Assembly (NCBI GenBank): GCA_951406725.2
Contig: OX597822.1
Span: forward strand, 11,160,001-11,224,000
Direction of reading: 5' to 3'
From: Octopus vulgaris
Lineage: Eukaryota
DNA length: 64,000 bases
Both the position numbers and the translations under genes were made by a program. The notes beneath the pieces are model-generated. The model was not told the origin of the DNA, did not search any database, and saw only the letters and a list, made by a program, of their open reading frames with translations. This document shows positions 39,818 to 53,561 of the stretch, one piece after another (the stretch's first letter is position 1; every line of letters begins with the position of its first letter).

Positions 39818-40550
39818 CACATTTTTGCGGACAACGAAAGAAACAAACGGGAAACAAGACAAGCAACACGGAAAAACGACCCTTCATCAGTTGTTGGCTG
39901 TTTTTCTACTTCATATTTCGAGCATTTCACAAGATACGTTTTCGACATAACAGCTGCTCCTGCAAAGCAACTTGAATAATATTTAGGATTTTTGCGGAGG
40001 GTCAAAGTTGGTAACAAAAATAAGTCAGTGAAAACAGAGAGAAATGGTTGCTAAGCCTAGACGAGTTGATTAGGTGAACGCAGAAAAACAAGCACTGACA
40101 GGAGACAGACAAGAATGCGTCTAATTCCTGTGAATGATTAGAGAGAAAGAAGGGAATTCAAGTTAGGAGAAGAAAGACGGCCACGTGCGGGCCACGCGAG
40201 AGCAAAGGAGGATGAGAGAGGGAGAGAGAAGGACAGACAGAAAACGGCAAAGGGGAGGGGAAGAGAAAGGAAAAAGAAAGAAGGGAGGATTTCATTTTGT
40301 TTTCGTATTTTATGTTTATTTTATGCTGTTTACGTTCCGTGGTGTCCTGTGCCCATATATGCACGTATATACAAATATATGTATGTACATATATATGTGC
40401 ATGTATGCATACATATTTTTATAAATTATTTATATTATATGATTGAACGCTACGCATCCATTTCCAAGTAAGTTTTATTTGATGTATGTATATATATATA
40501 TATATGCGTGGGCGTGTGTGTGCGTGTATATATATGTGTGTATATATATA

Positions 40551-40604
<54 letters not shown>

Positions 40605-40609
<5 letters not shown>

Positions 40610-41100
40610 ATAACTGAGAATGTGTGTCTGTCTGTCTGTCTGTCTGTTTGTTTGTCTGTATGTGTGCATAACTAAAACTGGAGAACTACCCAACCGATTT
40701 TATTCACATTTTCCCTCTTGCATTACTTAGGGCCCATGGAGTGTCATGGGCTAAAAAATGTTTTCTTGTCTAATGCGGGCTCGGAACAATCACTTACAAT
40801 GTTTCGATATTACGTTTCAAAAGTGAAACAATAACGTCTATATTGTAATGTTATAATACTTTCACTTTTCTTCTTTTACTTTTAATATTCTTTCACTTTT
40901 ATAGTGTTCCATATCGTACTAGTTGCAATGTTGCGCTTAAATTAACAATTAATGCATGTGCTTTATCTGTCAGTAATCACAACTGTCTGTGTGTTACCGA
41001 TGCATTTTACGTCATACAGGCTAAGCTACTATATTGGAAGCAGACTGATCGACATATAAAAAGAAAAATGATAATTTAACTTTTAATCGGATTTCTAAAA
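40605..41100 (+). mobile_element. Possible non-autonomous Helitron-type 5' portion
   Basis: atatataactgagaatgtgtg-(tctg)n..caaccgattttattc is a layout common in rolling-circle non-autonomous elements; 3' CTAG end not seen. Confidence 0.4.
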
Positions 41101-41432
41101 ATATGGTATCCAGCTTAATCTACTTAAGGACGTTAGAAGGTGTTCGACAGGAAATTTGGTTGTTATTTCTAGCAGGCAAAGTAACTCAATAGACTCGAAG
41201 AGTTATTTTGAGTGAGGGAATGTGTATATGAGTTCGCATATGGGAACGAAATTATGTTTCTATATGTAGAGGTGGTGATTGTGTGTGTCCCGGTATACGC
41301 GCAAACGATAAGAAAAGAAAGTTATTAATAATTGTGAAAGAAAGTTTTTAGCCGGAAGTTGAAGTAGCAGAGGACGCTGGGCGGAAGTAGCTAAAGCATA
41401 GACAGTCATGTTTTACCGCACAACAAATGTAG

Positions 41433-41485
<53 letters not shown>

Positions 41486-41640
41486 ATAAATGTATATGTA
41501 TATATTTATATACACACACGAATATCATTTCGGTGGTAAATAACAAACGCACAGAAACAGAGACACACACACACACTCATATATGTACACACACATATGT
41601 AAGCTTGCATGTATTTGTATACATATATATGTATGCGTGT

Positions 41641-41685
<45 letters not shown>

Positions 41686-42195
41686 TATATATATATGTAC
41701 GTATATATATCTATACATATATACGTACACATACATACACACTAACACACACATATATCTATCTATTAATTTTTTTCTTTCACTCTCTCTCCCTCTCTCT
41801 ATGTATGTATATATATATATATATATATATGCCGGTCTGGAATATCTCCTCCTCCTGATGTATGCATATTATATTAATAGTCAGCTACATAGACGTATAT
41901 AAACTTAAATATAATTAATGACAAGTATGAAGAAATATTTATGGATTTTTCATACCTATGGGGTCATCGATATATTTTTATTTTATCAACCCCATCCCCT
42001 ATCTCCTCTATCTTAGTATATGTATATATATATAAATATATATATATGTATATATATATATATAAATATATGTATATACATATATATATATATATTCATA
42101 TATAGACGCATTACATCTAGTTGTATACGTTTATATACAGATAGGGATATAAATATACACAGACAAATATATATGTAGGTATTAATATAACATAA

Positions 42196-42237
<42 letters not shown>

Positions 42238-42498
42238 ACATCCTAGTATATATAGACACATAATTATACTCAAATGTGTTTATGTATGTTTAAATAGAAA
42301 AGTCTTTTTTGTACTGAGACAAACAAAAACATGAATACATATGACCAAATCAATCGAGCAATTACATACACACACACACATATATATATGTACACACACA
42401 GACTTATATTTATATATATATATGCATATATACTTACATGGATATATACATATGTGTATATACATAGATACAAATATATATATATATTTTTATATATA

Positions 42499-42576
<78 letters not shown>

Positions 42577-42735
42577 TATATAGAGAAATAGAGTGAGAGA
42601 GAGAGAGATAATTATAGTTGTTGAAAACGATATTGATCGATACAGCAATAGTCACTACGAGAAAGATCGATTCATACAATCATATTTGTATGCTTTTAGC
42701 ATTATATAGATACATACAAAATCGCATACACATAC

Positions 42736-42786
<51 letters not shown>

Positions 42787-43279
42787 GTATATATACATAT
42801 ACATATATATATGTATATATATATATTATTTATATACACACAGACATATATGTAAATATATATATATACGTATGTATGTACGTATATATACACATTAGAT
42901 TGACAGTACATACACATACGTAGTGAGGCGATGAAGAAAATTGAGAATACAGAATATATTGAGGTACGAAAATAGGTAGATAGGGAGATAACTATATAGA
43001 TAGATCAAAAAATAAATACGTACATATCTGGAGAGAGAGAGAGAGAATAAGTATGAAAAAAAAACAACCTCAAAAAACCGAGCAAAAGAAGAGAAATAGA
43101 ACTGATGAATCAAAAATCAGAAAATATATGAAACTGTATACGAAGAAAGCTGCGTATTTTCCTATATTTGAACACAAATGAATAGCTGTCTACAACAAAG
43201 CCACCTCATTTTTCTTCTGTTTAAGTATAGGCCGCGATCACATCATCGGCTTCATCAGTGAACGTTCAATATCCAGATA

Positions 43280-43324
<45 letters not shown>

Positions 43325-43637
43325 ACATATATATATATATATTTATATATGTATATATATACTTAATATATATATGCATGTACAAAATATATATATATGT
43401 GTGTGTAGATATATCTACAAATACACACACATATATATCGATATATATATATACATATATACATGTGTGTGTGTGTGCGTGTCTGTATGCGTGTATTTAA
43501 TTGTTCCTATATATGTGTGTATGTGTATGTATGTACATATGCACACGCACCTCACACTGAATATATACGTATATGTACATATACATACATACATACATAC
43601 ATACATACATACATACATACATACATACATACATACA

Positions 43638-43671
<34 letters not shown>

Positions 43672-43956
43672 CATATATATATATAATTATAATATAAATA
43701 TTTATATCTATTATCGTTATACGGATTCGTACATATTTCGCAACATTTGACACTATGCTATAATTTGTATTCATGTGGAAAATATGCCGAGAATTTTGTG
43801 GACATTTACCAAAGACTATAATAATAAAAGAAGACATTGTCAAGCTCGGTGTATTTATATAGCATACGAACACACACACATATCTATATGCTTGTCTATG
43901 CTCACACATATGGATGTACCTATACATATATACATGCAAATATACATATGTGTATA

Positions 43957-44023
<67 letters not shown>

Positions 44024-44045
44024 TATATATATATGTATACATATA

Positions 44046-44178
<133 letters not shown>

Positions 44179-44499
44179 GAGTGATACACAAGTAGGAGAG
44201 AATGATAATTCGAGAGAGAAACTGCATATGAGCACAGAATGTGCATTGCATACTAAAGATAGAACTATAGAATTTTTGTTGAAAATTGAAAGTTCACTAT
44301 TGCTACACCAAATGTGATGTTCTAAACATTGAGTCAAAAGAGATGTGTGTGTATATATATATAAGTTGAGCATGCACTGATAGTTAAAGTTTTTTTTATT
44401 ACTTTTAAAGATTTAACCGGTTTCAATTGCATGGAGGGAATCCACTGATGCCTTTGCTTTATGAATAGGAAATATTTTCTGTCGACTTATTAAGTTCTC

Positions 44500-45117
44500 G
44501 CCAGGGAGCCTTCTTTCTTCTTCAATGAGTGCCCCGTCCAACATATCGATGTATCGTGCAGTAGATATTGCTCCCCATACCATAAGACCTCCGCTGCTAT
44601 TCTGCTACATCGAATAAGTAGAATTTTATATACATTTATCTGTCCAGTGAGACTTATAATCGTGAGGGCCATCCAAGTTCCATCAGAGAAAAGAACTCTT
44701 GTCCATTGACCATTTCATGTCTGATGATGCCGAGAAAACGCCAGTCGGACAGCTTCGTGAGAAGGGACAATAACGGACGCCCTAGCCGCTTCATCTGGTG
44801 GAAGCCATGGTCAAAGTCATTCTTCATACGGTGACTGTCGAGGCTCCTATTCCTGTTGATGCCTTGATTTTGGTAACGGAAGAATATCGTGACTTCATCA
44901 CAGCTCTGCCAATGACCCTTTCAACTCTTTCTGATGTAATCTTGAGACGTCCACCAGTACGAACTCAGTTGCAGTTATCATGATCTTTTAGAATATTGTC
45001 CACCGGCGTTCTGCTTCCCCAAATCTTCTTGGCAAATCTTCCGATTACTCATTCGCCCCACTTTCAGTGCAAGAATATTCCCTTGTTCAATTTTGAAAAG
45101 TTTCTAACTTTAGGCAT
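44500..45117 (-). pseudogene. Decayed Tc3-like (Tc1/mariner) transposase
   Basis: Minus: MPK..EQGNILALK..SNRKI..; RLAFSRHH..WTRVLFSD/WNLDGP..HWTD; GGLMVWGAIS..RYIDMLD; many frameshifts and stops. Confidence 0.78.
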
Positions 45118-45245
45118 ACTGGAAATGTAATCTGGATCACGGTGAATACAATAGAATCGAATATCTTCCGAAATAATCTGGAAAGGAATGGAAATGTATT
45201 AATGGTTTTATAGTTTTCATATGTTGTAATGTGATAATAGATATA

Positions 45246-45406
45246 GGCGCAAGAGTGGCTGTGTGGTAAGTAGCTTGCTCACCAACCACATGGTTCCCGG
45301 TTCAGTCCCGTGCGTGGCAACTTGGACAAGTGTTCTCTACTATAGCCTCGGGCCGACCAAAGCCTTGAGAGTGGATTTGGTAGACGGAAACTGAAAGAAG
45401 CCCGTC

Positions 45407-45458
<52 letters not shown>

Positions 45459-45669
45459 GTTTGTATGTATTGTTGTATGTGTGTGTTTGTCCCCACCATC
45501 GTTTGAAAAAACGATGCTGGTGTGTTTACGTCCTCGTAACATAGCGGTTCGGCAAGAGAACCGATAGAATAAGTACCAGGCTTGCAGAGAATAAGTTCTG
45601 GGAGCGATTTGTTCGACTAAAGGCGGTACTCCAGCATGGTCGCAGTCGAATGACTGAAACAAAAGAATA
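45246..45669 (+). mobile_element. Full-length SINE family A
   Basis: GGCGCAAGAGTGGCTGTGTGGTAAG...GGCGGTACTCCAGCATGGTCGCAGTCGAATGACTGAAAC. Confidence 0.93.
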
Positions 45670-45830
45670 CAAGGTTTGCATTACAAAGTATTCACGAAAG
45701 ATCCATTTACAACATACTGTCCTTTAGTCCACTTAAACACAGAGTTAAATTTCTAAATGACTTAAAAGAACATGTGGCTTCATAGTTCTAAAATGGTAAA
45801 AAGGAGTACTCGAATACCAGAGTAAAAAAA

Positions 45831-45868
45831 CTGCTACTCAGAGTTTGACGTTCCCGTTTGTCAGACAG
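45831..45868 (-). ncRNA. Decayed hammerhead motif, same family as 60683-60720
   Basis: Minus strand ctgt-CTGACAA-ACG-ggaa-CGT-CAAA-CTC-t-GAG-TA-gcag. Confidence 0.6.
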
Positions 45869-45904
45869 TTCTGATTGAGAAGCTTTGATAATGATATGGT
45901 ATTC

Positions 45905-46268
45905 TTTTCTTCTTTTCTTATTTTATTTGTTTCAGTCTTTTGACTGCGGCCATGCTGGAGCACTGCTTTTAGTCGCGCAAATCAACCCCAAGACTTATTC
46001 TTTGTAAGCCTAGTATTTATTCTATCGCTCTCTTGCCGAACCGATAAGTGACGGGGACGTAAACACACCAGCATCGGTTGTCAAGCGATGTTGGAGGGAC
46101 ACAGACACACAAAACACACACACACACACATACACACACACACATATATATATACATACACATAAATATATATAAACGACGGGCTTCTTTCAGTTTCCGT
46201 CTACCAAATCCACTCACAAGACTTTGGTCAGCCCGTGGTTATAGTAGAAGACACCTGCCCAAGGTGCA
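45905..46268 (-). mobile_element. SINE family A lacking its tRNA head
   Basis: Tail and body match 46501-46899; breaks off at cccaaggtgcacgc. Confidence 0.88.
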
Positions 46269-46432
46269 CGCATTTCTGCGATGGTGGGCTGTGTGTTAAG
46301 GCTATACTTAATACATAAATCCACCAATGCGTCCTCAGGGTATGCATATCATTATTATTATGTACAGGTAAAAGTTAAAAGTTAAAAGTTAAAAATCGTA
46401 TTATATATATATATATATACATATATACATGC

Positions 46433-46478
<46 letters not shown>

Positions 46479-46500
46479 GCATGTATATATGTATATATAC

Positions 46501-46897
46501 TCTTTTACTCTTTTACTTGTTTCAGTCATTTGACTGCGGCCATGCTGGAGCACCGCCTTTAATCGAGAAACTCGACCCCGGGAATTATTCTTTTGTAAGC
46601 CCAGTATTTATTCTATCGGGATCTTTTGCCGAACCGCTAAGTAACGGGGACATAAACACACCAGCATCGGTTGTCAAGCAATGCTAGGGGAACAAACACA
46701 GACACACAAACACACACACGCATATATATACATATATACGACTTCTTCTTTCAGTTTCCGTCTACCAAATCCACTCACAAGGCTTTGGTCAGCCCGAGGC
46801 TTAGTAGAAGACACTTGCCCAAGGTGCCACGCAGTGGGTCTGAACCCGGAACCATGTAGTTGGTAAACAAGCTACTTACCAGATAACCACTCCTGCG

Positions 46898-46899
<2 letters not shown>
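46501..46899 (-). mobile_element. Full-length SINE family A
   Basis: Reverse complement of the 18151/45246 consensus; flanked by (TA)n. Confidence 0.93.
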
Positions 46900-46957
<58 letters not shown>

Positions 46958-47904
46958 TATATACATATGTTTATATATATATATATATATAAAACATATG
47001 TATATAAACACATACACACACACATAACCGCATACGAATTACCGATCTATCAATCTATCTATTTGTATATATTTTATAAACACACACACACGTATATATA
47101 TTTATAAGTTTATATAGAGATATTTATATAAGTATGAATGTATGTATTTGTGTATATATGTATGTAGGTATGTATGTATGTGTGTAGACAGTCAATTCTG
47201 TTTAATTGCATAACGGACAAATGCATAATTCGGGGAAATTGACAACTTTCCAAAGCTCCATATTATTTAATACTAACATATAATAGGTCGGTTAATTGCA
47301 TATTCAAAGAATGTCATTTTCTGTTAATTACATAAGCTGTAGTCTGAATTGTGGCTAAAAAATGTCGAAATATACCATAAAATTAAACATTTATTTGATT
47401 TCGTCGTATAGTGATTCTAGAAGTTTCCGTTTTCGAAAATATATTGGTAATTATGGGTAATTATAATATCGTATCATTTGCATCAATTTCAATGCGGACA
47501 TATGTATAAATATGTATGTCTATAACTACATCTGCTTGCCTGTCTGCTTTTCTGTCTGTCTGTCTTTATGTATATATGTTTCTCTCTCTCTCGATCTATA
47601 TATCTATATATACATAGACACATACACGTGCGCACGCATAAAAAACACAAACACACACATGCACATATATGTATATATGTAATCTATCTGTTTATCTATC
47701 TTTCTTTCTTTCTGTCTTTCCTTCTTTCTTTCTTTCCTTCTTTCTTTCTTGTGTGTGTGTGTGTGTGAGTATTACACTTCTATACTGTATTCTATAGCCC
47801 CGAGCCGATTGATTATAAACAGAATAAAATACCAAGAAGCCGACAAATTAAAATTTATTCTAAATTAAAAAGTGGAAGAGAACAGATATGCATATGTTGA
47901 AATA

Positions 47905-48062
47905 TATGAAGGGCTTCCACAAAGTTTCCGTCTACCAAATGCATTGGTCGATGCGGGGTTATAATAATTAAAAAAATCATTTAGCCTCGGTTCTACGCAC
48001 TGGAACTGACCCCGAAACTATGTGGCTGCAAAACGAACACCTTAGCCATACATACATGCCTC
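47905..48062 (-). mobile_element. SINE family A, diverged 5' half
   Basis: agggcttccacaaagtttccgtctaccaaat..tggaactgaccccgaaactatgtgg. Confidence 0.65.
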
Positions 48063-48219
48063 CACCCACATATACTTACAAACATTCACAAACACATACA
48101 GCCATCCACCCATCCATCCATCCATCCATCCATCCATCCATCCATCCATCCATCCATCCATCCATCCATCCATACATACATACATACATACATACATACA
48201 TACGTATACGCATGTGTAT

Positions 48220-48530
48220 ATATGGTGGTGATTGTCTCTTCCTTATGCAGAGTTTGACCACCTCCTGTACCTACACCTTAGAACCATTATGGCATTTGAT
48301 GTGGCTTTTTAAACCAGACAATGTTTTGAAAAGGCCCACCAAGAGCTGCAGATAAATTTTAATTTTTGTGGATCTTAATTTTGAGACCTCTGTTAGATTT
48401 GCAAACCTTCTGGCATACATTGCATTGAAATATCTGCATAGGCATATAGGCAGATTAGATGGTGGAGGTTCGTTTTCCATGGGTTCGCAAACGAGATTTA
48501 AGCCCAGTAAAAAGAAGGCAAGGTTTATCA
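48220..48530 (-). mobile_element. RTE/BovB-type LINE 3' end with C2H2 zinc-finger remnants
   Basis: Minus: FQCNVCQKVCKSNRGLKIKIH and FKTLSGLKSHIKCH* in different frames. Confidence 0.6.
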
Positions 48531-48578
48531 CAAACTGTGTAGACAAAAAGCTCATTGTGATTTATAATATACGTATAT

Positions 48579-48975
48579 AAATTTATAGTTATAATTATGA
48601 TTATAATTAAGAGTACTAGATAGTACCAGCGTTGCTAGAAATGAGAGTCGAAAAATACACAAATAAGCCACAGTATCACTGACAAGCTGAACAAGCTGAA
48701 CGAAATCGAGCGTGACGAAGCCGGTATTAGTTTAACCTCAGGCACCGAGACCCACTGAAGAGAACTAAGAGTATTATCGCAGGGACCGAAATCATGTGAT
48801 ATGGGTATATCTGCAAATTCATTTGCGTTTTTTTCCCCGTAATAGTAGGTTGGCCTTTTACTAGCCCCTCGATTTCGTTCAGCCTGTGACTTATTTGAGT
48901 ATTTTTCGACTCCTATTTTTAGAAAAGCCAGTACTATATGGTTCCCTTAATCATGATTATAAATTTATAAATTTA
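48579..48975. mobile_element. MITE-like element with long imperfect inverted repeats
   Basis: gagtcgaaaaatacacaaataagccacag..gctgaacgaaatcgag vs ctcgatttcgttcagc-ctgtgacttatttgagtatttttcgactc. Confidence 0.7.
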
Positions 48976-49122
48976 CCTTTTTTTCCTGGGGGTTAAAATG
49001 TGGTAACATGGTCCTACGCAGGACTGCCCCCTTACGTTGGCAAATAGATCTTACTTTGAAGTATAGTTACTACTGAGATCTCATTCAGAGATTTAAAACT
49101 AGCAATTTTGCTCATTGTATGT

Positions 49123-49558
49123 ATTCTTTTATTTTTTATTCGGTCATTTTGACTGCGGCCATGCTGGAGCACCGCCTTTTTAGTCGAGCAAATCAATCAC
49201 AGGAGCTATTCTTTCTAAGCCTAGTACTTATTCTATTAGTTTCTTTTGCCGACCCGCTAAGTGAGGGGGACGTAAACACACCAACACCGGTTGTCAAGCG
49301 ATGGTGGGACAAACACCGACACATACATACGCACACACACACACACATACACACACACACACACGTACACACACACACATGTATGAATATATATACGACG
49401 AGCTTCTTTCAATTTCCGTCTACCAAATCCACTCACAAGGCTTTTGTTAGCTCAAGGGTATAGTAGAAGACACTTGCCTAAGGTGCCACGTAGTTGGACT
49501 GAACCCGTAACCATGTGGTTGGGAAGCAGGCTTCTTACCACATAGCCACTTCTGCGTC
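49123..49558 (-). mobile_element. Full-length SINE family A
   Basis: Tail gactgcggccatgctggagcaccgcc through head cttaccacatagccacttctgcgtc. Confidence 0.92.
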
Positions 49559-49596
49559 TTTCTCCGTCTCTCCCTCCCCACTCTCTCTCTCTCTTT

Positions 49597-49876
49597 ATAT
49601 ATATATATGTATAATTAGAAAAAAAAGCACCTTTCATCAATTCAAAATGAACAATTAAATTACACCATCTAGAAAATTACATATAATAGAAAAATTAAAA
49701 TTAAAATAACAATAGAATGTAAAGATTATTTTTTGCAATTTATTTAATCTTTACATTTTATTGTTATTTTAATTTCAATTTTTCTATTATATGTAATTTT
49801 CTAGATGGTGTAATTTAATTGTTCATTTTGAATTGATGAAAGGTGCTTTTTTTCTAATTATACATATATATATATA
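49597..49876. repeat. Near-perfect AT-rich palindrome (~130-bp arms, 16-nt loop)
   Basis: 49597-49728 is the reverse complement of 49745-49876 with very few mismatches. Confidence 0.92.
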
Positions 49877-50023
49877 TTATATTGTGTGAAATTTGATTTA
49901 GTATTTCTAAATTAAATTTTTTTCCTTGTAAGTTTGGATTTTATTCCTTCAAATAATAATAACTATATCCGGAGTCATTATTGTTGCTTATTTTGATTTT
50001 AAATATATATATATATGTATACA

Positions 50024-51249
50024 CAGGGATTGGACTAAATAATGGAAACACCTAGCATCACAGCATCATAATTTTTAAATATTTTATAAAACCGTCAAAA
50101 GCTTGTTTATTTTTATGTTATTTGATTAATTATTAGTGTTGCTTAATATGTTTTGCTAAAATCGCTGTTTCTTTTCAGATATCATCAGAAAAAGGTAATT
50201 AAAATGCATTAAAATCACAGATCTATCGGACTTTCAAAGCGGTCAAATTATTGGTGCTCATATGGTAAGTGCTAGTGCAATGAAAACACCTGAAATGTTT
50301 GTTGTATCAAGAAGTACTGTCTCAAAAGTAACGACAGCCTTTGAGAAAGAGGGAAAAACCTCGTTGTTGAAACAAAACTCCGGAAGAAAACCAAAGCTTT
50401 CAGATAGGGATTGTCGGACTCTTACGCAAGTTGTTAGAAAGGATCACATAAGTACAGCTCCCAAAATTACTGCAGAGCTTAATAACCACCTCGAGAACCC
50501 AGTTTCCGCAAAAACTGTTCGCCGAGAGCTGCACAAAGTCGGATTTCACGGGAGGGCTGCAATCAGAAACCCACTACTTTCAAAAACAAGCGTTACAAAG
50601 CGTTTAGAGTGGAGTAAAAACCTACAGAATTGGTCCCTAGAGCAGTGGAAGAATGTTATTTTCCCTGACAAATCATCCTTTACCTTATTTCCGACCACTG
50701 TCCAAGTATACATGTGGAGACAGCCTTCTTCCAACTGTTAAACATGGAGGAGGATCTGTGATGATCTGGGGCCGGGGGCTACATCTTGGGAATCCGCTGG
50801 CCCAATGGTTTCCCTTTATGACAGACTTAATAGTCAAGACTATTTAAGCATTTCATCTAATAAAATTCATCCTATGGTTGCGAAACTGTTTCCGGAGGGA
50901 AACGCGCAATCTTTCAGGATGATAATGCACCAATTCACACCGCTAAAGTTGTTACTGACTGGCACGAGGAACATTCTAGTTATAAGAACATCTTATCTGG
51001 CCACCACAGTCTCCAGATCTCAATATTACTGAACATTTATGGTTCCTTTTAGAAAAACAAGTAAGAAGTCGATATCCTCCATCTGTTTTAGCTGAAGAGT
51101 GGAAAACATTCCTTTGGAAACAATTCAAACTTTGTGCGACTCCATACCTCGTAGAATTCAATCTGTAATTATAGCCAAATGCGGTCCTGCTCCATATTAG
51201 AATAAATTTATTTGAAATTTTAAGGTGTTTCCATTACTTTGTCCAACCC

Positions 51250-51252
<3 letters not shown>
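50024..51252 (+). mobile_element. Tc1-family DNA transposon with both TIRs and a disrupted DD34E transposase
   Basis: 30-bp TIRs CAGGGATTGGACTAAATAATGGAAACACCT / (rc) CAGGGGTTGGACAAAGTAATGGAAACACCT; HTH SGRKPKLSDRD; WKNVIFPDKS; PTVKHGGGSVMIWG; FQDDNAPIH; WPPQSPDLNITEHLW; right TA. Confidence 0.95.
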
Positions 51253-51334
<82 letters not shown>

Positions 51335-51635
51335 TACATACACACACACATATGTAGGTATACACACTCGCACAAATACATTTATATATGATTAGATTGT
51401 GTAGTATATAGTCCGTACATAAAGCTCCTAATGTGTCCCTTACTGGGCCTAAGATAATTAGAGGAAACCTGCCAAATACGGGTCCTGTAATAAGAGGAGA
51501 AATTAAGATTGTATGCATAACTGTATGTATATATGGAAGTACATTCGTGTGTATGTATACATTTATGTATATATATATATGTATATATGTATTGATATTT
51601 ATGTAGGTTTATATAACGATGTTAGGATGCATGCG

Positions 51636-51709
<74 letters not shown>

Positions 51710-51870
51710 AACATACGCATCTTTCATTCTTTCTTTCTTTCTCTTTCCGCGTGTGTGTATCGACGTGTGTGTGTGTCTTCGTGTATGTGGATGCATGTGT
51801 GTGTGCGTGCATATATAGCTATATGTAAATACATATAAATTGATATAGATATACACATATACATTATTCT

Positions 51871-51902
<32 letters not shown>

Positions 51903-51995
51903 AACATATATTACATTTATACATATATATATATATGTATATATACATATATATATGTGTAGGTATGTATATGTAATGTTTATATGTATGTATGC

Positions 51996-52037
<42 letters not shown>

Positions 52038-52598
52038 ATATATGTGTATATACATATATGTATGTATATAAATATATATATAATATAATATATATATACA
52101 CACACATAAATAGAAATAGGAAAGAGAGATGCTTATCCTGCATCTATACTTGCATAGTTATGTATTGTGTGTATATATACGCATGCACACATACACACAC
52201 ACACACACACGTACACATATACGTATATATTGGTATCCATGTATGCATGTATACATTTATACATCATTCAATCTCAGATTAGCGCACATCATATATAAAT
52301 TTAATTCTATGATTCATAAATCACAAATGAGGCTACAGATAGATTCATTAGGTGGTTAAATCTAATTGGATGAAGTTTCGGCATCCTCAAGTCGAAGAAT
52401 TTTGAAAGAAGCAGATTGATTTGATTAATCCGAAAGTCTCTGTTCTTGGAAAGCAGCAAACATCAGAAGACGCATGCGCATTGAAGAGATGACGTCTTGG
52501 TGTATGTGTTTGTGTTTGCGTGTGTGTGTGACAGTGTTCAGTGTTGTAACTACGAGAAGAGACTTCCCTCCAATAGCACATAATCGTTTTGCATTCAA

Positions 52599-52830
52599 GC
52601 CAGCGAGCTGGCAGAGACGTTGGCACGCCGGGTGAAATGCTTAGCAGTATTTTGTCTGCCGTTACGTTCGGCGTTCAAATTCCGCCGAGGTTGACTTTGC
52701 CTTTCATCCTTTCGAGGTCGATAAATCAAGAACTAGTTATGCACTGAGGTTGATTTAGTCGACTTAATCCATTTGTCTGTCCTTGTTTGCCCCTCTATGT
52801 TTAACCCCTTGTAGGCAATAAAGAAATAAG
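52599..52830 (+). mobile_element. SINE family B with a Tx1-like 3' tail
   Basis: Family B head and core; tail tttgtctgtccttgtttgcccctctatgtttaaccccttgtaggcaataaagaaa. Confidence 0.85.
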
Positions 52831-53459
52831 AATCTGTTTGCATTTGCTGTGATTTTGTTTAAAAATCAACATCTAATGTTTGTCCAAAGATGTTTTCTAT
52901 CTCGATGTACATAGTTATATATGTATGCATCTAAGTATGTATATACGCTTGCATGTACGTATGCAAGTATGTATGCATGCAACTTCTCGAGATTTCTATT
53001 TATTTTCTCTCTCTCTCTCTCTCTCTTTGTACACACACACACACACACACACACACAACACACACACATGAACACTTTATTGCAATGGGGATCAAATAGA
53101 CGATGGCCAATTTTAATTTGGAACCACCTGTGCGTATCTTTGGCTGACAGATTACGCCGAAAGTATTCCAGATTATTCGACTGGCCTATATAGTAGTCCA
53201 TACTAAGTCAAACAGTTGCTTACTGGTCCAGAGCATCCTCCAAGTTTTGTATACGTATCAAAGGTATAACTGGTACATATTTATGCAGTGTATTATCTTG
53301 ATAATCAAAAAATAGTTATTACGGAGACGTACTTGCATAGCAAGTGACCTGATCTGAGATCGTGTGCTGGAACGAAAACAATTGCAGCGTGGAAGATGTT
53401 TATAGGCCATTTAAGAAACAAACAAAATCCTTTAGATTCACTCCAACATTTAAATTTGA

Positions 53460-53510
53460 TTTGTCAAAATATCTTCGTCGCTTTGAGACCGCGACCTGTT
53501 CACTGACAAA
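53460..53510 (-). ncRNA. Minimal type-I hammerhead motif with G3-C8 core (GUGAACA)
   Basis: Minus strand tttgtca-GTGAACA-g-GTCGC-ggtctcaaa-GCGAC-GAAG-ATAT-TT-tgacaaa: 7-bp stem I, 5-bp stem II, palindromic ATAT stem III. Confidence 0.78.
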
Positions 53511-53561
53511 ATTCGGTGCTGCATCTCAAAAAATAGTGGATTGTTTAAAGAATCATTACAC

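Noticed and set aside
42618-42648. TTGAAAA-c-GAT-attg-ATC-GATA, a possible further U3-A8 hammerhead
   Set aside because: GAAA is altered and there is no clear UH site or stem III
43229-43260. Minus-strand CTGATGA-a-GCCG...CGGC
   Set aside because: Stem II is not followed by GAAA
43726-43778. Minus-strand ATGAATA...GAAA-TATG-TA, which would be the fourth (A3-U8) combination
   Set aside because: Stem I does not pair and stem II is irregular; worth revisiting only if a family consensus repairs it
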